Positions 17,644-28,238 of a DNA stretch of 64,000 nucleotides are shown here, one piece after another. How positions within the stretch are numbered: position 1 is the stretch's first letter; the number at the start of each line of letters is the position of its first letter. The notes under the pieces are model-generated. The model had not been told where the DNA came from, searched no databases, and saw only the letters and a program-made list of their open reading frames with translations. The position numbers and the translations under genes were made by a program. The stretch is from Spirochaetia bacterium (GTDB lineage: Bacteria > Spirochaetota > Spirochaetia > UBA9216): positions 3,990,019-4,054,018 of the forward strand of contig OY776510.1 in NCBI GenBank assembly GCA_963675665.1, given 5' to 3'.

Positions 17644-19782
17644 TTATCTATCTCTTGACGGGCTGTCTTCAACCCATTCCATCAGAGTTTTCATTTCTTC
17701 AGTATCAGCGGCACGGGCAGCCTCATTTCGGGTCATGTCAAGATAATCAAATTTCCCGGCCAATTCAGGATTGATTTCCCTGAGTTTGCTGTAATTTTTA
17801 TTAACAAAACCATAATTCTCAAGTTCATGGTGCGTGCGCGCCAAGCCGAGAAGAACAGCCGGGCTGGAAGGGTTCAGGGCTTCCGCTTTCCCGTAATAGG
17901 ATAGAGCGTCTGCCGGTCGCTTTTTTACCAGCATAATATTTCCTGCATTTATAAGAGCGGGAAGATATTCCGAATCAAAAGATAAAATTTTCAAAAAATT
18001 ATATTCTGCCTTATCAGTTAATCCGTAACGCGCATAAAGAGTTCCCAGACTATTAAGCAGCCTTGAGGACTCACCTTCCGATGCAATTCTTTCTTCTATT
18101 TTATTCACTTTGGGATAAATTTCACTTTCAACAACAGTCTGAAATTCTTTTCCATATGCTTCTTTAACAATTTCGTCATCAGGTACTGTTATCTGGCCGG
18201 CCTGCCCGGGAATTCCAACCGGTTCAAAAACCCGCCATGCTTCATGAGTCGGATAAAGCCTGGCCTCGCCTTCGAACTCAGCTTCACGCCACTGCCTGCC
18301 CCCTTTCTTCCATGCGGAATAAAAACCTCCGGCAAGTTCGGTAATCTCATAAGGAACCCATACAGTGCCGTTGCTGACTATAAAATCATCACGGCTGCTA
18401 AAAACAGCTTCCGCTTCATCCGGGCTTACCCCTGCTTCAAAGGCGATGTAGATATGTCCGGGAACTGTGATAAACGCGGTTTCGATACCCACTGATTCAA
18501 AAAGAGCACAATTCAGAATTGACAGATCATCACAGTCGCCTGCCCGGTATTGCAGAGTCTGCCGGGGGAATTGCAGAAAATCCAGAACCATTGCGTCTTC
18601 AAATGACGGGTTTTGAGTTTCCGGATCTGTGACATAACTTATTCCGTACAATCTCATTATCTCGTTAAGAGCTATTGCGGTTCTTATGTTCTGACTGATA
18701 ACTCCGCTGCCGTTCTCACGGGCTATTCCTGCAGCGGTCTTTGCCATGGTCAGAACAACCGGTTCTTTGGAAGTGACAAAAGCGGCAACCTTTCGATCAT
18801 CATCCCAGATCGTTGCATTTCTGTTATATATCCTTACCGTTTCGATATACGTTTCCTGATACTCCAGACCGTCGAAATCATAGTTAAGTACAAGCTCTGC
18901 AGAAACCTTTGTCCCCTCGGTGATCTCCAGGATATTATCAGTAAACAGGGCAAAGAGCTCGACCGGTTCTTCTCCCCCCGGTTCAAGTAATTTAAGCGTG
19001 CTGCAGGTCTTGGGATTATCCATATATTTTTTAATAAACAGATTCAGACTGATATTTTCAATCGGTATATCAGTATTATTCGTCATAATTCCGGATCCGA
19101 TTGAATGGTCGTCATAATAAGTATAAAATACCGGGAAAATATCAGTAATATTAAAATCATTCAGTACGAGTCTGTTTGATTCCGCCGCCTGCTGAAGCGG
19201 CACAGGTTCGCAGATCACAGGCCCTGATGATTTATCCGTACCTTTTATTTTGATTATTCCAGCCAGAGAAACTGCCGCGCCCTGATATAAGCCCATATAA
19301 TTTTTATAACTTCCTTCCAGTCCCAGACTGAACCCGGAGTTAAAAGAAAATATCGTCCCAACGACAGGTTTTATAAACGGGTTTCCTCCGCCCGGTCCTG
19401 TACCGTTATTCAGCATACTGTAAAAATATCCTCCGCAGACTCCGAGATATACCGACAGCCATGAAGCCGGGTCAAGCAGAATACCTGCTTCAGGACCGAC
19501 AGAAATGGCCGAAACCGCAGTATTCAGCTCAACCGGCAGATAATCATATCCCGCACGAAAACCCGAATAAAGCATCGGAACCGATCGGAATTTATATTTC
19601 ATGACCACATCGCATCCAGCCCCTGCTGAAAAGAAATCCGTGTTGTCTTTCCCCAGGGGAAAACCGTATCCCGGGAAAATACCGATAGACAGTGACGGTT
19701 CAATACTGTCGTCCGCCGGGACTTCTGACAAAACAATGCTGAACATTAAAAGAATAAGCGGCAAGATTTTTTTGATATTCAT
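17644..19782 (-). CDS. Large secreted protein: signal peptide, Gly/aromatic-rich N-terminal region, transglutaminase-like Cys/His core, C-terminal TPR (paralog A)
   Basis: 712 aa. Core LQFPRQTLQYRAGDCDDLSILNCALFESVGIETAFITVPGHIYIAF...WVPYEIT, then C-terminal TPRs. Paralogous to 29625-31691. Confidence 0.6.
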   Translation of the reverse strand: MNIKKILPLILLMFSIVLSEVPADDSIEPSLSIGIFPGYGFPLGKDNTDFFSAGAGCDVVMKYKFRSVPMLYSGFRAGYDYLPVELNTAVSAISVGPEAGILLDPASWLSVYLGVCGGYFYSMLNNGTGPGGGNPFIKPVVGTIFSFNSGFSLGLEGSYKNYMGLYQGAAVSLAGIIKIKGTDKSSGPVICEPVPLQQAAESNRLVLNDFNITDIFPVFYTYYDDHSIGSGIMTNNTDIPIENISLNLFIKKYMDNPKTCSTLKLLEPGGEEPVELFALFTDNILEITEGTKVSAELVLNYDFDGLEYQETYIETVRIYNRNATIWDDDRKVAAFVTSKEPVVLTMAKTAAGIARENGSGVISQNIRTAIALNEIMRLYGISYVTDPETQNPSFEDAMVLDFLQFPRQTLQYRAGDCDDLSILNCALFESVGIETAFITVPGHIYIAFEAGVSPDEAEAVFSSRDDFIVSNGTVWVPYEITELAGGFYSAWKKGGRQWREAEFEGEARLYPTHEAWRVFEPVGIPGQAGQITVPDDEIVKEAYGKEFQTVVESEIYPKVNKIEERIASEGESSRLLNSLGTLYARYGLTDKAEYNFLKILSFDSEYLPALINAGNIMLVKKRPADALSYYGKAEALNPSSPAVLLGLARTHHELENYGFVNKNYSKLREINPELAGKFDYLDMTRNEAARAADTEEMKTLMEWVEDSPSRDR

Positions 19783-19806
19783 CTTTATTTATAACCCCTT
19801 AGTTGT

Positions 19807-21447
19807 TCAATTGTCTTTCTCACAGGCGCCCATAGACCATCCTCCGGCATTATCATTTGCCGGATCGTTGTCCGGACCGGCTGCAAGATTGGTCCGTGTT
19901 AAACCGTCGAAATCAGTTTCGAATCCCCAGCCGGAAAGTGAGCCGTCCAAACCTCCCTGCCTGACCTCTGCCGGTGAATCGGCCTTCAGATGCCAGTCGT
20001 TATCATTCATGGTTGAAAAATCATTGTCTGTCCCGTCAGGGTCAATGAGCAGAGGATCAGCATCCCAGTTCCCGCCGGCATACCCCAGCAAATCTATATC
20101 GCCAAGTGTATCGATATCAGCTTCCCCGAAGGTATGGTAAAATATTGTATTACCTTCGATATCATGGAAATCATTATTATGAATTGACTGGGCATTACCG
20201 TTGTTTGAGGTTGATTCGTATATACAGTATCCGCCTGAAACAGCAACTGAAAAAAGAATATTATTTTCGATAATCGGAGTAGATTCATTCTGCAATGAAA
20301 TTGCGGCACTCCAGTCACTTTCGCCTCCGGCTATAGTATTATTATAGACAGCTGCTGCACCTGAATTACAGATAATTCCAAAAGAGTCTCCTGATCCTGA
20401 AGCCTTGCCGCCAAAAATTATATTATTATATATTTTTGTTCCGTTTTCCGTATCGCTGATAATTCCCGTTGCGGCTCCATCAACTGTACGACCGCCGTCA
20501 ATAACGTTATTCTTTATTTCATTATAAAATCCCTGGTTCTTAACCGCGCAGGCTTCAGATTCTGCAGAACCTCCGAAAATGTAATTTCCTTCTACAGTCA
20601 TCCGGGAATCTGTTCCACAGACTACAGCGAACGTCTTTGTCCCGACACCCCCGTCAATATTGTTATCGGTTATTGTTACATTGGAGCCCTCCTGAACAAG
20701 AACTCCGTTATTGCTGCTTCCTGATGTCCCTCCGGTAATAATATTTTCCTGAATTACGGGTAAAGAGTCTCTTGAAATAAAAATACCTATATTAATAACA
20801 GTAGAAGAACCGCCGTAAATCTCATTTCTCCCTATTAAAGGTCTTGCTGCATCCACGGAAGAAACTGCTGCTGCAATTCCGCCGGCACTACCTGCATAGA
20901 TAAAATTATTGGTAACAGTCGGAGATGAAGAAACTATATACAATGCCGTTGAAAGATCTCCGCTTCCGCCCTTTATAACAAATCCGTCAAGGATTGTATT
21001 TTCAGTAACTCCTGACGGAACTGTAACGGCCTGATTTGTATCGCCTGCAATACCTCCGGAATCGCTCAGATCAATAATTACAGTAGAATTATTGACAGTA
21101 TCCCTTGTAATAAAATCCGAAGAATACCCACCGTATAGTGAAACGCCTTCTTTTACAACAATATTATGCCCTTCCCTGTAATTAACCTCATAAAGCCCAA
21201 CAGCAACATAGACTTCCACCGTTTCGGCCAACCCGTCAGCAATATAGCCATAAGCTTTATCTATCCCGGCCTGTATGGTTTTAAGAGGTTCAGTTTTAAC
21301 GCCCCGGTTCAAATCATTACCGGAATCAATGCTTACGTAGATAATATTTTCGAAACCCGTCATTCTTTCGATGTATGTCCGCAGGGCTATATCGCTGCAT
21401 GAAAACAAAAGACATATAAAAAATAATACTGAAAACTTTCTCAACAT
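19807..21447 (-). CDS. Lipoprotein with right-handed parallel beta-helix repeats
   Basis: 546 aa. Lipobox LFSCS. Many NN[IV]I.GG repeats (NNIDGG, NNVIDGG, NNIIFGG, NNTIAGG) typical of the pectate-lyase-like beta-helix fold. Confidence 0.65.
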   Translation of the reverse strand: MLRKFSVLFFICLLFSCSDIALRTYIERMTGFENIIYVSIDSGNDLNRGVKTEPLKTIQAGIDKAYGYIADGLAETVEVYVAVGLYEVNYREGHNIVVKEGVSLYGGYSSDFITRDTVNNSTVIIDLSDSGGIAGDTNQAVTVPSGVTENTILDGFVIKGGSGDLSTALYIVSSSPTVTNNFIYAGSAGGIAAAVSSVDAARPLIGRNEIYGGSSTVINIGIFISRDSLPVIQENIITGGTSGSSNNGVLVQEGSNVTITDNNIDGGVGTKTFAVVCGTDSRMTVEGNYIFGGSAESEACAVKNQGFYNEIKNNVIDGGRTVDGAATGIISDTENGTKIYNNIIFGGKASGSGDSFGIICNSGAAAVYNNTIAGGESDWSAAISLQNESTPIIENNILFSVAVSGGYCIYESTSNNGNAQSIHNNDFHDIEGNTIFYHTFGEADIDTLGDIDLLGYAGGNWDADPLLIDPDGTDNDFSTMNDNDWHLKADSPAEVRQGGLDGSLSGWGFETDFDGLTRTNLAAGPDNDPANDNAGGWSMGACEKDN

Positions 21448-21646
21448 TTTAAATTTCCTGAAACCCGTTACAATAAAAACTGCTGGCTTACACGAATGTC
21501 TGACGGTAGAAAATCACGGATTTTTAATACTTTATTTAACGATAATACATTATGATGCTACATGAATCGTTTGGCAAGTATTATATCTTTATCTGATAAG
21601 CACTAACGGGAAAAATATTTTCATGCCGGTATTATCCTGTCAAAAA

Positions 21647-22297
21647 TCAACCGTATAAAGCCATTTTTTCAGCAACATGTTTCCTGAGTACGGGGTCAAC
21701 TTCATAATCAGAAAGATCTTTAAGATAGCCTTTTCGTACAGGGTCTCCGCTTCGGCTGCATATCATTTTCAGAATCTTTACGCAATCCTTGCGGTCAACA
21801 ACGCTTGTATCAAGAACTATATCAAACAAATCCACATGATTCGGGGTAAAATAAAAGTTACTCTCAATGAATTTCTTTCTCAGGCGATCATCTTTCTTAA
21901 TTATGGTCCCGGCTTCTTCCCGGCTGATTCCCAGCCTTCCGGCTTCGTTTGCTGCGCGAATATTAAACGGAGACTGGATTTTAACATGAATTACATTATT
22001 GAACTCATGCAAAATTCCATAACTTCCCCTTCCGGCGATAACGACATTATCATGCTGTGCTACTGCTATAATGATTTCTGTAAGAAATTTAACCGTTGTA
22101 TGATGATATTCGTCCATTCTGTCCCAGAAATGAGAAACAGAATTATAGATATCGTCAAGTTTAATGATACCGTAATCCTTTATAATATCCGCAATTCTGT
22201 CTTTGTCTATGTACTGGAATCCCGTTTCTTCGGCAAGACTGCGACCGATATATTCGCCGCCGCTGCCGAGCGACCTTGAAATAGTTACTACACTCAT
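21647..22297 (-). CDS. Cytidylate kinase-like family protein (P-loop NTPase)
   Basis: 216 aa. N-terminal ISRSLGSGGEYIGRSLAEETGFQYIDKD matches the cytidylate-kinase-like (PF13189-type) family. Confidence 0.55.
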   Translation of the reverse strand: MSVVTISRSLGSGGEYIGRSLAEETGFQYIDKDRIADIIKDYGIIKLDDIYNSVSHFWDRMDEYHHTTVKFLTEIIIAVAQHDNVVIAGRGSYGILHEFNNVIHVKIQSPFNIRAANEAGRLGISREEAGTIIKKDDRLRKKFIESNFYFTPNHVDLFDIVLDTSVVDRKDCVKILKMICSRSGDPVRKGYLKDLSDYEVDPVLRKHVAEKMALYG

Positions 22298-22693
22298 GCT
22301 GTCCTCCTCAAAATAAAATTAATTCGGGAGACATAATTGTGCCTATGTAAAATATAATTACAGACAGATCTTAAATCAAATAATTTAGATACACGTTTTA
22401 ATTCCCTCTGTTGCCGGAAAGACTATTCTCCACAAGACGCTTAACATAGGTTTCCAGTTTTATATTAATTAAATTATCCTCCAGAAAAAATAGTTCATAA
22501 ACAAGTGCCATGGATCTTACTCTGCCCTGGCCTAAGCCATGAAAAATACTTATCAGTTGTTTTACAAAAAATCGGGCTGAAGCATGTTCACATCACCTTT
22601 ATTGATATCGCCAGAAAATCAATTGGTATTGCTGCTTTATCTTTAACCATCATAAATACCAGCCGGAATATTATTCCGCGTTAAGTTCTGCAT

Positions 22694-24451
22694 TCAACTT
22701 GTTCGTCTGTCAAGAACCAGGTTGCTTCCCTTTGTTTTTTTTGCATATTTCTTGAGCTCTCCGCATCGCCCGGAAACTTCAAGAAAATGGGACATATGAA
22801 CTTTCCCGGTTATAACGCCGGCCATGCTGAACGCCATAATCGGGAATTTCATAATTTGTCCTTCCCTGTTTTTTTCTTCAATATATCCGTCATCCAGATG
22901 AATCTTACTGTAAAAGTTCCTGATTCCGTTATCAAAAAGACGGCAAATTTCATCGGCTGCGTTATGTACTGCCTCAGAAGGCACTATAAAAATAAAATCA
23001 TCGCCGCCTATATGCCCGCAGAAAGTGTTTTTTGACGGATAATGCGTCACAACTTTCTTAAGAATTCCGGCGGTAAAATGGATAACCTCATCTCCTTTGG
23101 AAAAACCGTAAGTATCGTTATATGCTTTAAAGTTATCCAGATCGCCGTATACTATGGCTGTTCCTGCGTTCTCATTCAGGACTTCCTGGATCTTTTTATT
23201 TATAACCCTGTTTCCCGGCAGTTTTGTCAACGGGTTTGCATCGAGGGCCCTGATCCTGAGGTTGTTTATCCATAAAATAAGATATAAAAAGACTGAAAAA
23301 TTGATAAAGAGAATGAAAAATATTAAAACGAGCGAATTTATATATGGAGCAAATGCCCTGGTATCATTTATCTCCATAATATATCCGAAATCCAGTTCTT
23401 CAATCCAGAACCCGGCCCCGATTACTCTTGAATTCAGATAGTTTCTGTACGTTTTTCCAAAGCCTGTAAGTCCGTCCGGCTTTTCTGATATCAAAGTATT
23501 TATTATCATGATATTTGATTGCTCCGGAAACCCTTCAATTTTTGTATATTTTAAAGGATTGATTACAGGAATTGTCTGGTAATTTCCCGACCATCCTGCC
23601 GCTCTGAGCTTTTCAGAATATTCACTGCCGGAGGATAGCTCTGTTACAGGTTTACCCTCTTTATCTATCAGATAGCGATGTACATTCTTAAACAATGAAT
23701 AGATATCATCATTTGCATTAACCGAACGATCAGGTCCCGAAACCATTCCGCTTTCCGTCAGATTTCCGGTAATCATACCCAGCCGCGCTTCAGTAGCTAT
23801 ATACCCGCAGTTTTCTCCTGCGTCATCCCTTATCTCAATAAAAAAGTAGATAACCGGCTCCATAAAAGAAACTGTTTCGCTCAGCCGCATGTTTTCCAGC
23901 ACAAAAAATAATCCGAAGCCTTTTTGATCAATTACCGTTTCCTTCAGTTTCTCAAAACTGGAAAATTCCCTGTAAAGTTTCTCCGGAATGGTTCCGGCTA
24001 TAAGTATTCCATCGTTTGAAATAAACTGGACCGGCATGTTATTAACTCCCGGAGGAAGAGCTCCAGGTATTTCTGAATCTCCTGCGAACGGCTTTTCAGG
24101 AGGCTCATTTAAAGGTCTGTTTATATCGGAAGGAAAAATCCCGGTATTTTTATAACTTTCATAATATTCAAGATATTCGGAAAACTGGTTATAAAATCCG
24201 GGCAGTTCAGTCAGGGTTACCATATGGTCTCTGTAGCTGCTGTTTATATTGTCCAGCGCATTGCAGATATTTAAATATTCCTGTTGGTAATAGTGATAAA
24301 GATTTTTATCACTGGTTCTTTTCAGAAAAATAAACGAAAGAATAATAAAAAACAGGAAAAGGATCGATGCACTGAGAATAAAACGCAAAACGAGCTTTCC
24401 AGGCCTGACGTCCTTATCATTAATAAACAGGCTTTCCAGTAGCATAACCAA
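22694..24451 (-). CDS. Membrane sensor diguanylate cyclase (GGDEF domain, GGDDF variant)
   Basis: 585 aa. Two TM segments flank a ~300 aa extracytoplasmic region. C-terminal GGDEF domain (YGDLDNFKAYNDTYGFSKGDEV ... GGDDFIFIV). Confidence 0.8.
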   Translation of the reverse strand: MVMLLESLFINDKDVRPGKLVLRFILSASILFLFFIILSFIFLKRTSDKNLYHYYQQEYLNICNALDNINSSYRDHMVTLTELPGFYNQFSEYLEYYESYKNTGIFPSDINRPLNEPPEKPFAGDSEIPGALPPGVNNMPVQFISNDGILIAGTIPEKLYREFSSFEKLKETVIDQKGFGLFFVLENMRLSETVSFMEPVIYFFIEIRDDAGENCGYIATEARLGMITGNLTESGMVSGPDRSVNANDDIYSLFKNVHRYLIDKEGKPVTELSSGSEYSEKLRAAGWSGNYQTIPVINPLKYTKIEGFPEQSNIMIINTLISEKPDGLTGFGKTYRNYLNSRVIGAGFWIEELDFGYIMEINDTRAFAPYINSLVLIFFILFINFSVFLYLILWINNLRIRALDANPLTKLPGNRVINKKIQEVLNENAGTAIVYGDLDNFKAYNDTYGFSKGDEVIHFTAGILKKVVTHYPSKNTFCGHIGGDDFIFIVPSEAVHNAADEICRLFDNGIRNFYSKIHLDDGYIEEKNREGQIMKFPIMAFSMAGVITGKVHMSHFLEVSGRCGELKKYAKKTKGSNLVLDRRTS

Positions 24452-24584
24452 ATGTTAATATATCCATCCCTTGTTTTCAAATTCAGATGCCTGAATTTAT
24501 AAATTAAAATAGAACAATTCCCCTTCCTGCCCAATTTTCCTGTAAAACCGTGACATTAATCAAATATAGGTATATTCTCATAAC

Positions 24585-26768
24585 ATGAGCAGCCCGTTTC
24601 TCTCTTCAGAAGAAAAAATCAGGGGAATAAAACATCAGTTTCGGCATCAAACTCTGAATGGAATGGGTTTCAACTTTCTCGGCGACACTCCGGTATCATT
24701 ACTTGCAATTTACTTCGGTGCAACCAATACCGAAATAGGATATCTGAGCGCCGTTCTTTACATTTCAGGCCTGTTGCTTTCTTTCACACCAAAACTTCTG
24801 GCAGGTAAAAATATAGTCCGGGTACAATATCTTGCATGGCTGATAAGAGGGTTCGTTTGTATTCCGTATATAGCCCTTTTTTTTATCGACGGAAGACCCG
24901 CGGTACTTCTGATAATAGTAACTTATACGCTTTTCTGCTGTACAAGAATTGTAGGAGCATCCTTATATCAGCCGATTATCAGAATGATTTCCACAAACAG
25001 AACCAGAGGTGAGGTTCTTGCAGCATCATCTTTACGATTCCAGATTGCCACCACATTCTCAAAAGCAATAAGTTTTCTTGTTACCTCGCTTAAGCAGCTG
25101 ACAGGGATTACGGGAATACTCATCCTGGGCATGGCGGGAATAGTCATGAACACTCTTTCTGCTTTTGAAATCAGAAAAATTCCGTGTAAAGAAAAAATAC
25201 ATTATAAAAAAGGCCGGAATGTTTTTGCAATTTTTAAAGAATCTTTCAAAATCAGAAATTTACGCTATCTTCTTTTGCTTTCTTTTCTGAATGCCGCGTT
25301 AATAGTGCTTTTCGGGTTTATTATTCCTCTGCTTAGCCGCGATGCAGGGTTTTCCACATCGGAGATTTTCCTTGCTTCAATTACAGCGGCTCTTGCGACC
25401 ATTCTATCCGCCTATTTCTCCAGGAATTTCGCGGACAGAATAGGCAGCAGACCGCTTATTGTCGGGGTGCTTATTCTGCTTTCTTTCTCTTCGCTGATTT
25501 GGGCGTTGTCGGGCTTTATCACATATAAACCCGTTTATTATATAATCATGTTTTTGTCGACATTTTTCCTTAGAGCAAATGATTTATTGATCGGCAGGCT
25601 GATTGTCGGCAGCCTCCCTGAAAAAGATTCTGTCGGTTTTTCAAGCATGATAAATTTTTTCATTGCATTTGTCGCCCTGTTTGCAGGAATAACCGGCGGA
25701 AAACTTGCAGACCTTTCGAGGGCATCAGTTATAATTGATTACCAGAGCAATTACATATATACGTTTTTATTTGCATTTATTCTTTGTATTATCTCACTTT
25801 TCTTTACAATTAAAATCAGGGAACAGGGAAGCCTGTCCCCTGCGGAAGCAGCATCAATTATCTTTTCTCCATCCAAACTGTCTACCTACATCAATATTGG
25901 TAAACTATATTCTGTAGAAGACCCGTTGCAGCGTAAAACACTTCTGATGAATATTGGAATGGATAACTCCAAGCTTGCCACAGATGAAATCCGCTCCATA
26001 TTGTTCAGCCCGTTATCAAATGATAAGGGCCTGATGATAACTTCTCTCTTTTCAAATCCCAGACCCGTACTTCTACCGGAACTCCTGAATGAAGCATCTG
26101 AACCGAATTCATATCATCAGCTGAAGGCGATCTTTGCTCTCGGAGCATACCCCTGCAAACAAACTGAAGAAGTCCTGTTGAAACTCCTTGACAACCATGA
26201 TTCTGCCGTCGCTTCAAACGCCGCAAAATCGTTAGGAAGAATAGGACATAAAGAGCAGCTTGAAAAAGTGAGAAAAATGGCTTCCGAAGCCGTAGGAATC
26301 TGGAATAACCTGAACCTGATTATTGCCCTGAAAAATATGGACGATACAGGCAGATACCTTTCAGGGGTATTCAATAAGGATAAAGTCTTGTCCGGAAGCA
26401 TGTTTAACCAGACAATATACAGCCTGTATGCAAATATCCTTGAATTCGAACCGCCTCTTGCAGATATATACCAGAGCAGAAACATGAAAAAAGGACAGGG
26501 GTTGCAGGACTTCCTCGACGAATCAAGGGAAGAAGAAGCCTTTTTTAAATATCATCAGGATTTTCTTTTATGGTTCAACAATGACAACTATAACGGTATA
26601 TGGTCCAAATCAAAAGAAATTGTGAACTCAATAAATACAGACCCATATTTCGAACATCTTAAGGAAAGCATCTTAACCTTCCCCCCTGAAAGAAGCGAAT
26701 ATGACGATGCCTTGGCCGCGGTTTATTTTACTTACCAGCTTTTGAAAATGTCGTCGGAAGGATTGTAA
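24585..26768 (+). CDS. MFS transporter fused to a C-terminal HEAT/PBS-lyase repeat domain
   Basis: 727 aa. A ~12-TM MFS-like N-terminal half. The cytoplasmic C-terminal ~300 aa has HEAT-type repeats (ALGAYPCKQTEEVLLKLLDNHDSAVASNAAKSLGRIG). Confidence 0.65.
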   Translation: MSSPFLSSEEKIRGIKHQFRHQTLNGMGFNFLGDTPVSLLAIYFGATNTEIGYLSAVLYISGLLLSFTPKLLAGKNIVRVQYLAWLIRGFVCIPYIALFFIDGRPAVLLIIVTYTLFCCTRIVGASLYQPIIRMISTNRTRGEVLAASSLRFQIATTFSKAISFLVTSLKQLTGITGILILGMAGIVMNTLSAFEIRKIPCKEKIHYKKGRNVFAIFKESFKIRNLRYLLLLSFLNAALIVLFGFIIPLLSRDAGFSTSEIFLASITAALATILSAYFSRNFADRIGSRPLIVGVLILLSFSSLIWALSGFITYKPVYYIIMFLSTFFLRANDLLIGRLIVGSLPEKDSVGFSSMINFFIAFVALFAGITGGKLADLSRASVIIDYQSNYIYTFLFAFILCIISLFFTIKIREQGSLSPAEAASIIFSPSKLSTYINIGKLYSVEDPLQRKTLLMNIGMDNSKLATDEIRSILFSPLSNDKGLMITSLFSNPRPVLLPELLNEASEPNSYHQLKAIFALGAYPCKQTEEVLLKLLDNHDSAVASNAAKSLGRIGHKEQLEKVRKMASEAVGIWNNLNLIIALKNMDDTGRYLSGVFNKDKVLSGSMFNQTIYSLYANILEFEPPLADIYQSRNMKKGQGLQDFLDESREEEAFFKYHQDFLLWFNNDNYNGIWSKSKEIVNSINTDPYFEHLKESILTFPPERSEYDDALAAVYFTYQLLKMSSEGL

Positions 26769-26771
26769 TTC

Positions 26772-28043
26772 CTATGACTGCAATACGAATTTTTCCAGAT
26801 TCAAATCCGCCGCAAGAATAAAAGCTTCACCTCTGCAGAAAAACTTCACTGAAACAGTAAGGCAAAGATGATTTGAAGCTGATGATACATATATGCCTGA
26901 AATATATGAATTTTCGCCGTCGATAATATGTCTGCAGTAAGATCGTGTACTTCGGTCTGCGCCCTTTCCGCTGTTATCAATCATATTAATAAAATCAGGG
27001 TGTACAACATTATTATCAATTTGCTGCCCCCTGCCGTTCATTACATACAGCAGTTCTATAAAATTATATTTATTAAAACAATTTTTCAGATAATCATTAA
27101 AATTAATCCTGCAATCTGAAAGATCCTTTGCTATTTCTTCTACGGATTTAACAGCTTCATCATGCCAGTCAAGCCTAACCTCACCCATATTTTCCAGAAT
27201 ATCCTTTACAACATTGTGTAATTGCTCAGACTGTTGATGTACCTGCCCTATCTGAAATGCGGATTTTTCAGCGCCTTCCAGTATCATTTCAGCCGATCTT
27301 TCCTGAAGTTCGTTTCTTTTAACCAGAGATTCAACAAGCACGCTTATTTCATCAGATTCATTTTTTATATTTTCATTATGCGACTCAATATCAGAAAAAA
27401 CTTCATATATATAACCGGCCTCGTTTTTGCTTTTCTTTAACGACTCCGATGAATCAACAAATAATTTCTGAACGTCTTCTGAAGCCGACGTGAAATTGTT
27501 AACAATTTTTTCTACTTTTTTTGCCTAAAGCTCCGTTTCCTGCGCAAGAGCTTTCATTTCCCTTGCAATCACTCCGAAACCGGCCCCGTAAGCCCCCTGC
27601 CTTGCGGCTTCAATTGCACCGTTAATTGACAGAACATCCAGTCTTCCGGACAGATCTTTAATAATATTGGTCATTTTATTTATTTCTTCCGATTTATTTT
27701 TAAATTCGCTGATAAATAATCTTCCCTTTTCAATCGATTCGGAAAGTCCGTTTATTTCACCCAGATAAGTTTTCTGTCTTTCAATTCCGGCCTTTGACGC
27801 ATTATCCGCCTGATTTGAAGTCTGTTTCAGTCCTGTTGCTTTCTCAAGTATTTTATTTACCTCTGAAAGAGCATCGCTGTTTTCTTTCTGGACTTTTGAG
27901 GTCTGACCAGTCTGACTGTTAATATTTGTATTCAGAATTTCAACATTTTCACTTAAGGTAAATGCGCTTTCTGAGACTTTTACCATTTGCCTGATTATAT
28001 TCTTAAAAATATTGTTCTTTTTATCAACCGTTTCCATTTTCAA
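26772..28043 (-). pseudogene. Soluble methyl-accepting chemotaxis protein (N-terminal MCP signalling domain, C-terminal Cache/PAS-like domain) interrupted by a single in-frame TAG
   Basis: One continuous minus-strand frame of 424 codons with one TAG at 27525-27527. Upstream part ends ...LSINGAIEAARQGAYGAGFGVIAREMKALAQETEL*, the MCP hairpin-tip motif. The frame continues AKKVEKLVNN... into a Cache-like block (RSYCRHIIDGENSYISGIYVSSASNHLCLTVSV). Confidence 0.55.
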
Positions 28044-28238
28044 TAACCCCGATTCAGTAAATATTTTTTCAGAACACTCCGGAATCCCCAGTTTTTACAC
28101 CGCAGCTGAAACGTTCATGGAACTTTTTGTATTTTAATTTTATTGACCTTTAAGAAACATTCAAGGCTTTTCAGGAAATATTTTTATACAATATCTCTTT
28201 TAATCATGATAATATAATTCATCATAAAGAAATAATAT

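Noticed and set aside
21677-22279. 200-aa plus-strand ORF
   Set aside because: Fully antisense to the cytidylate-kinase-like gene, which has a clear N-terminal P-loop-type signature. Its low-complexity composition (Ile/Asn/Phe-rich) is typical of antisense frames in AT-rich genes.
27525-27527. In-frame TAG in the MCP gene as programmed recoding (e.g. pyrrolysine)
   Set aside because: No pyl genes or PYLIS-like context are in the window, and this would be implausible for a spirochaete. Nonsense mutation or sequencing error is far more likely.
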